In this document: positions 55,380 through 64,000 of the stretch, piece after piece
How the letters are laid out: each line of letters begins with the position of its first letter
Numbering within the stretch: position 1 is the stretch's first letter
Source of the DNA: Eledone cirrhosa
Taxonomy: Eukaryota
Direction: 5' to 3'
NCBI GenBank assembly: GCA_964016885.1
Contig: OZ024743.1
Span: 65,534,001-65,598,000, forward strand
Length of the DNA stretch: 64,000 nucleotides
Made by a program: the position numbers and the translations under genes
The notes under the pieces: model-generated
The model's input: the letters and a program-made list of their open reading frames with translations, nothing else
The model's database searches: none
What the model was told of the DNA's origin: nothing

Positions 55380-55544
55380 CACTCGCACGCACACACACAA
55401 CCACACACACACATATGTATATATACACACACATATATATATATATATGTGTGTGTGTGTTACATATGTATGGCTTATACATTTGCTTATATAGTATTAG
55501 TGTATAAATATATTGCATATATGATTTCAAACTCATACAGGTGC

Positions 55545-55590
<46 letters not shown>

Positions 55591-55600
55591 TCATATATAG

Positions 55601-55667
<67 letters not shown>

Positions 55668-57036
55668 CAAACACACACACACATACACACATATATATAT
55701 ATACAAATATATTGGTGAGTCCTTGACTGGCATATTGCCCAATTCATAGGTACAGCCTCAACACAGTAAAATCTATCGCATTAATCCTAGATGATCGATG
55801 TAATCAAACGAAGCTACCCGATGATGATGATAATGATGATACTAGTAATAATAGTTTTTAATTAAAACACACCATTTTTATAGGTGATGGTGGTGGGGGG
55901 GTCGATTATATCGATACCATGTTCTTTACAGGTATATATTTTTATCGATCAAATGCAAAGTTAACCACGGCGGGATTTGAACTCAGAACGTAAAGATTGT
56001 TTCTAATTTATGCACAAGGCCAGCAATTTTGTGGAGTGGAATTTTATTTGTATCTACACCACTTCTTTATTTTATCGATCTCAGAATGAATGAAAGACAA
56101 TTCTGAGTTACGATCTTAATTAAGAAAAAGGAATTAGTGAGTGAATCGACTCCAGTATTTTACTGGTATTTTATTTAACTGATGACAGAAGGAACAAAAG
56201 CAAAATCAACTTCGATGGGATGTGAATATAGAATGTATCTATTGTATATAACTAAAGACTCTAACAATTCTGATAATCAACCTTAGTGTGTAATTGATAC
56301 TATGTTTTATTGATAACGGAAGATGACATCGGGTCTGCATTTGAATTCTGAACGTAAAGGGTCGTAACTGAACCCTTGCAAACCATTTTGTTTGATGCCC
56401 TAACGAGTCTGCCAATTTAACGAATCTTAATCATAATAGTATTTCAGACACAAGGCCAGCAGTTTGAGGGGAGAGGAAAGTCGATTATATCGAATCCGAT
56501 TTTTGACTGGTAATTTATTTTATCGGCCCTGAAAGGAGGAAACGCGAATTCGAACTCCACGCGGTTTAAACTTAGAGCGAAAAGAAGCGTAACAAAATAC
56601 CGCATATATCTATATATGTGTATATGTGTATATATATATATATGTAGGTATATATGTATGTATGTGTGTATTTGTGTAAGGGTATACATATATGAATATA
56701 TGTGTGAAAGCCATTGAGGGGTTAGGGTGTCTATGTGAACGTGTCTGCGCTCACGCTCCTAACAATGTAACATTAATTCAGCAGCATTGCCCCAGATATA
56801 ACGAATATTTGGGTCATATTTTATACGCTCTATGGAGGGGTCTTTCAGAAGGTTGAAAAGAATCTTTATATCAGAAAGGGCTGTTGTTGTTGTTGTTGTA
56901 GTGCTGGTGGTGGTTGAGGTGTTAATGGGAATGCTTGTGGCGATGGTAGTGTCATTACACTACCAAACAACAGATAGAATAACAGTTGGAAAGTATTAAT
57001 ACTAAATCCACAAGTGGTCCCTAAGTTAATCTGACT

Positions 57037-57347
57037 ACACACACACATATATATATAGAGAGACATGTATACACACACATATATATAGAGAGAGACATGT
57101 ATACACACACATATATATATATAGAGAGACATGTATACACACACATATATATATAGAGAGACATGTATACACACACATATATATATAGAGAGAGACATGT
57201 ATACACACACATATATATAGAGAGACATGTATACACACACATATATATAGAGAGAGACATGTATACACACACATATATATAGAGAGAGACATGTATACAC
57301 ACACATATATATATAGAGAGAGACATGTATACACACACATATATATA
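57037..57347. repeat. ~30-bp compound minisatellite (CA)n(TA)n(GA)nCATGTA
   Basis: About 10 units visible. Confidence 0.9.
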
Positions 57348-57384
57348 GTTATATTTCACATCAAGAAACTTGAAGAAATACATA

Positions 57385-57914
<530 letters not shown>

Positions 57915-57961
57915 CGAGTACTCTGGTAAGTAATGGTCTAACTGGTTTTTAACGTCTCCAT

Positions 57962-58015
<54 letters not shown>

Positions 58016-58226
58016 CGCATATATACAGAGCCTACGTGTACTCGTGTGTATGTGTTTGCACGTGTATCTGTGTATGTGAATGTAAATGTGTGTGTGTGTA
58101 TTACTAACACATGCAGACACACACACACACATACACATGAGGGGCTTTACAAGCGAAGTCATATTCTTCTAGCTTCCCGCCTACCACTAAAGGGGAGATC
58201 CTGTGAACCTATTTTTAGCCGAAAAT

Positions 58227-58263
<37 letters not shown>

Positions 58264-58314
58264 CGCAGTAGTAGCAGTCGTAGTAGTGGTGGTGGTGGTG
58301 GTAGTAATGCCCCT

Positions 58315-58352
<38 letters not shown>

Positions 58353-58404
58353 CAGCAGACCAGCAGCAGCCAATGTAACGTCAACAACAATATTTGATCG
58401 GTAC

Positions 58405-58503
58405 GCCGAGGTTGACTTTGCCTTTCATCCTTACGGGGTCGATAAAATAAAGTACCAGTAATGCACTGGGTAATTGCTGGCCTTGTGCCTAAAGTAGAAA
58501 CAA
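58405..58503 (+). mobile_element. SINE S1 3' half
   Basis: Core and tail. Confidence 0.8.
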
Positions 58504-58779
58504 GTATTTCGTTGCTTTGTAGCATCAACTTGGTCATTTGACCTGCTAGAAATAGCAGTAAACACCCTCCTTCCTATACCGTTTCCCACATCATCTGAAG
58601 TAGTTCTAAGTTAGCTTGAAAGGAATGCCTTTGATTATAGTCGAACCTCGGGCTAAACGACAACAACAACAACAACAACAACAACTACAACAACTACTAA
58701 ATAACGTTATCATCAATCGAGTATGGTTAAATATATACACACATACACACACACACACACATACATACATACATACATA

Positions 58780-58863
<84 letters not shown>

Positions 58864-59069
58864 TGGTGAGTGTTTTGAGATGTCAGTCTACGTAACACAT
58901 TGAAAGAGTACAATAGATGTGAGCAGACGGTAAAATTGATTTTCTGAGATGAAGTAACTTCGAAGTTTTTCTTATTGCTTCATCGAACTACTTGAGCAAG
59001 CAGTATTTGAAACTTACACACACCCGCACACATTCACGCACAAACACACCCGCACACACACACACACGC

Positions 59070-59101
<32 letters not shown>

Positions 59102-59122
59102 GTATATATGTATGTATATATG

Positions 59123-59217
<95 letters not shown>

Positions 59218-59300
59218 TTGTATATATATATGTATGTATAGTTGAATAAATGAACAGAGAACAAAAAACAGAGAGGCAGTACAAATGATATGGTTTCACG

Positions 59301-59360
<60 letters not shown>

Positions 59361-59404
59361 AAGTTAAATAAAAGTCAAATGATTAAAATTTAGCTTCGTT
59401 TATT

Positions 59405-59459
59405 ACTGCTATATATATTTCAGTGACAGCCATCTTTAGCTGTGACCTCTTCAGGCAGT
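59405..59459 (-). ncRNA. Type-I hammerhead ribozyme, intact core
   Basis: ACTGC-CTGAAGA-GGTCACAGCT aaagat GGCTGTCACT-GAAA-TATATATA-GCAGT. Confidence 0.85.
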
Positions 59460-59602
59460 TTGAATTAGTATGGTATAGACAAGTACATATGTTGTTTAGG
59501 TGTATGATATTGTCAATACTCTGATATGCCCAGTTCCTTGTTGGGTTGTTAATTCACTGGGGAACTGGAGTCAAATATATATATATATATATATATATCT
59601 TT

Positions 59603-59791
59603 AACGAAGGAAATGTGGTAAGGAACCAGATGGACCATAACGCACCAAAGTACTCAATACTTAGGGTAGTAGAGTGGGTAATAGGAACGAGTAGGACCCC
59701 GACGGCTGAGCTCAACCCGTTTCGACGGCTAATTTAGTCCAGAATTAGCCGTCGAAACGGCTTGAGCTCAGTCGTCGGAGTCCTACTCGTT

Positions 59792-59795
<4 letters not shown>
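59603..59795 (-). mobile_element. Family C fold-back element, copy 4
   Basis: As copies 2 and 3 in reverse orientation; in (TA)n. Confidence 0.75.
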
Positions 59796-59859
<64 letters not shown>

Positions 59860-60313
59860 TGTATGTTTGTGAGTGTATTCATACATACGTTATTCTGTGC
59901 ATAACGAGAATTGCAAAGCAAAGTTAAAGATTTCTTCAAGAGTTGTGGGGAGGGGGGGGGGGTGCAAGAAAGTGTCTCTGGTTTTCTGATGTGTCATAGC
60001 CATGTAACCACTTGTGTAGATGTTGTATGTGTGTATGTATGTTCGTATGTATATGTGTTTCTATATATGTTTATGTGTATGCTTGATTCTACGTAGTTTG
60101 TAAGTATGTTTTTTTTTTTGTTTTTTATGTATGTATGAATGTATGTATATATGAAAGCATGTAAATATGTGTGCATATATTATATATATATACATATCTA
60201 TGTATGCAAATATACGTATGTATATGATCATTTGTATCGATTTGTCAAACTATATATGTATATATGTATGTATGTATGTATATATGTATGTATATATGTA
60301 TGTATATATGTAT

Positions 60314-60345
<32 letters not shown>

Positions 60346-60626
60346 GTATGTATATATATATATATATGTATATATATATACCAAAAGAATGGTCGGCTGT
60401 ACAATAGGGTTTATTTACAGTATTAACAGATTATACATATATATATATATTTAAATAAATATATGTATATATATATATGCGTGTGTGCGCATGTATATAT
60501 ATATATATATATATAAATATTCGGTGAATCCATACGTACATATATATATGTGTGCATGTATGTATATATATATACATACTACTGTACGTCTGTATACATA
60601 TATGTATGTACGTATACATACTTATA

Positions 60627-60679
<53 letters not shown>

Positions 60680-60857
60680 ACAGGGAGAAAGAGACGATTA
60701 TGAGGAAGAAAACTATATATATATATATATGTATATATAGTTTGACAAATCTATAGAAATGCGCATATACAGATATATACATAGCTGCTCATACTATCAT
60801 AGTTACGAAGCAATGACAGAAGTACAGAGGAAGAACGAGAAAGATAGATATATATAT

Positions 60858-61012
60858 CAGTGGTTCTCAAAGGTGGGCCCGGGACAATTTGGAGTGGGCC
60901 CGGAGAAATTTCAGTGGGCCTGGAAACTTTTTCAGAGTTTCTTGGAACTTAAGACCACACAAAATTTAAATGCTGTCGGGATCATATGGGGGTAAAGATT
61001 GAGAAGCACTAG
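60858..61012. mobile_element. hAT-type MITE
   Basis: Imperfect TIRs CAGTGGTTCTCAA / TTGAGAAGCACT(A)G. Confidence 0.55.
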
Positions 61013-61118
61013 TATATATATATCATGTGGGGGTTATAGTCCGGAATAGCTTTTGAGTACTAGTTTACGCTTGTAAAATAAGTGGGCCCGGACATTTTTC
61101 GGGAGCTATATATATACA

Positions 61119-61162
<44 letters not shown>

Positions 61163-61261
61163 TAAGTTATTCCGGGTTGAATCGGAGGTAACCACAATTA
61201 TATATAGCGAGAGAGAGAGATAGGAGAGAAAGGAGAGAGAGGAGAGAGGGAGAGAGAGAGA

Positions 61262-61351
<90 letters not shown>

Positions 61352-62019
61352 GAAGGTGAGAGGTTTAGTGAGATGGGGGTCCCTCTATGTAGTCGCTAGC
61401 CTTGTTAGAAATAGCAGGTGGAATGTCCGTCCTTTTCACATTCTAATGCGTAGAAAATAAAGGCAGGAAGGAAGGAAAGAAAGGACAGATTACATAATGT
61501 AAAATGGAATGATTGGAAATGTCGGAATTTCTTCGATCATAGCTTTGATTGATCTAATTGATCTGATTGATCTTATTGGTGAAGTCTTACTTCGGACTGA
61601 CTTGCAGCTAAACTATGAACAACAGCAGCAATAAACACAAGACCAACAACAACAGTAGAAATAACAACCACTACCACCACCACCACCACCACCACGACAA
61701 CAGCAGCAACAATTATAACCCCCCACTTCCTCCTCTTCCCCCAATAAAAGAAAAAAACGCGCAATATGTTTCAAGCACTTGTTACTACTACTACTGCTGC
61801 TTTTGCTGCTGCTACTGCTACTACTACTACTACTACTACTACTGCTGCTACTGCTACTGCTACTACTACTACTACTACTACTACTACTGCTGCTGCTCTG
61901 CTGCTGCTGCTGCTGCTGCCTTATCACTCGGTGCTGTGCGTATTTGTGTGTGTGTATGTGTGTGTATATGTGTATGTGTATTTGCGTTTATTTGTGTGTG
62001 CGAGTGTAAGTGCCCCGGA

Positions 62020-62390
62020 GTGTGTGTAGCGGTGGCGGTGGTGTGTGTAGCAGTGGAGGTGGTGTGTGTAGAGGTGGAGGTGGTGTGTGTAGTGGTGGAG
62101 GTGGTGTGTGTAGCGGTGGAGGTGGTGTGTGTAGCGGTGGCGGGGGTGGGTGGTGTAGCGGTGGCGGGTGTGTGTGTAGTGGTGGAGGTGGTGTGTGTAG
62201 TGGTGGCGGTGGTGTGTGTAGTGGTGGCGGTGGTGTGTGTAGTGGTGGAGGTGGTGTGTGTAGCGGTGGCGGGGGTGGGTGGTGTAGCGGTGGCGGGTGT
62301 GTGTGTAGTGGTGGAGGTGGTGTGTGTAGTGGTGGCGGTGGTGTGTGTAGTGGTGGCGGTGGTGTGTGTAGTGGTGGAGGTGGTGTGTAG
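62020..62390. repeat. 21-bp G-rich minisatellite (GTGTGTGTAGTGGTGGAGGTG)n
   Basis: About 17 imperfect units. Confidence 0.9.
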
Positions 62391-62678
62391 GTCAGTTTTC
62401 GATAAATGTTTCTTATTTTCATTCCATGTTCAATGATGTAACTTTATATTACGCACGTAAGCATAGCACCACCACTGCCACTAGTACCAGTAACATCACC
62501 ACCACCCCCACTAGTACCAGTAACACCACCACCACCGCCGCCACCACTACTAGCACTACAAGCAACCAGCATCACAAAACCCCCCCCCGTCACCCATCAC
62601 TAATCTACTGCTGACGAGGTATGAAAAGGCGGAAATAAAGTGAAATAATTCAAACTTTAAAAGTTGTCAAAAGTATCC

Positions 62679-62729
<51 letters not shown>

Positions 62730-62752
62730 CATATGTGGACACACACACACAA

Positions 62753-62843
<91 letters not shown>

Positions 62844-62846
<3 letters not shown>

Positions 62847-62918
62847 GGCGTCCATAAAGTCCATGTGCAATTTAAAATTGTAGCATTTAAATTGCAAGCG
62901 GATTTTATGGACACAGTG
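62844..62918. mobile_element. Tc1/mariner-type MITE in (TA)n
   Basis: TA-CAGGGCGTCCATAAAGTCC..GGATTTTATGGACACAGTG-TA imperfect TIRs. Confidence 0.65.
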
Positions 62919-62988
62919 TATATACATACATATATATATATATAGGCAATATATTAATAAATGGAAACTATATTTATAGAACCATATT

Positions 62989-63054
62989 TATTTTATTATA
63001 CATATTTCAAGGGCAACCAAGGCAAATTATGGTGCGCTTTCCTCAGATAAAATA
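62989..63054 (-). ncRNA. Type-I hammerhead ribozyme, intact core
   Basis: TATTTTAT-CTGAGGA-AAGCGCACCA..TGGTTGCCCTT-GAAA-TATGTATA-ATAAAATA; helix I identical to 13801-13866. Confidence 0.78.
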
Positions 63055-63120
63055 CAGATTTGTTTTACAAATAAAAAATGTTAAGCTTGTTGAATCCCAA
63101 CAAATTAAATATAACCTCTG

Positions 63121-63162
<42 letters not shown>

Positions 63163-63369
63163 CATGAGAAGAATGAATACTGCGTGGTTGCACATGGGTT
63201 ACATATGATAAAAATAGTCCTTCATCAGTGATTTTCCAACCTTCATTGGTATTTCATCGCTTTAAAAATCATATACCTCCAGTTGGTGCGAGCAATAGCT
63301 AAATAAAGCTATTGGGACAAGTGAATCGCGTAAAGCGAGCGAGACAAGTAAACAAACATAGAAGGATAG

Positions 63370-63405
<36 letters not shown>

Positions 63406-63511
63406 TCCTGGCATTGTCCTTATTATATGTATATAGTTAATTAAGGAAACAAAACAAACAGGAATGCAAATACGGTTATATTAGGTTCACGCTTGGAGGA
63501 AATGGAATGTA

Positions 63512-63628
<117 letters not shown>

Positions 63629-63768
63629 GGGGAGACGAATACTCTCACACACACACATATATCAGAGCTAATTAAAAGATATGTTAATTAGAAAATTCTT
63701 GCAAACTGACAGAATACCAACTGGGGATTAATCATCTAATCTTGACTACAAGAAAACGAATGTCGACT

Positions 63769-64000
63769 AAGCATATACACATACAAGCATATATACACAT
63801 ACAAGCATATATACACATACAAGCATATATACACATACAAGTATATATACACATACAAGTATATATACACATACAAGTATATATACACATACAAGCATAT
63901 ATACACATACAAGTATATATACACATACAAGCATATATACACATACAAGTATATATACACATACAAGTATATATACACATACAAGTATATATACACATAC
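63769..64000. repeat. 18-bp minisatellite (ATATATACACATACAAG[C/T])n
   Basis: Runs to the window end. Confidence 0.92.

Noticed and set aside
61615-62436. 273-aa ORF and Pro/His- or Gly/Cys-rich ORFs
   Set aside because: Derived from trinucleotide repeats and a 21-bp minisatellite; no splice or domain support.
62611-62640. CTGACGA..GAAA
   Set aside because: No paired helices.

Overview
AT-rich, microsatellite-saturated animal genomic DNA; the SINE content suggests a cephalopod such as Octopus (inference). One host gene is supported: a two-exon KLF1/2/4-type Kruppel-like factor on the minus strand (predicted CDS 53823-53722 + 52936-51593, 481 aa). The rest is mobile DNA: three Penelope-like element (PLE) RT/GIY-YIG copies, two Tx1 non-LTR copies in (TC)/(TCTA) repeats, RTE and RLE-type LINE 3' ends, two tRNA-derived SINE families, Helitron and MITE remnants and several minisatellites. 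The main hidden signal is a dense set of minimal type-I hammerhead ribozymes (HHRs), read by eye: about 20 motifs from roughly a dozen sequence families, mostly next to (TA)n tracts. Several show compensatory stem changes between copies and some carry a U3-A8 covariant core. They sit in PLE 3' repeats, in ORF-less modules with terminal direct repeats (retrozyme-like) and in fold-back hairpins; one four-copy family folds back exactly at HHR helix II. No activity was tested, clade names are tentative, and almost all short ORFs in the track are microsatellite artefacts.
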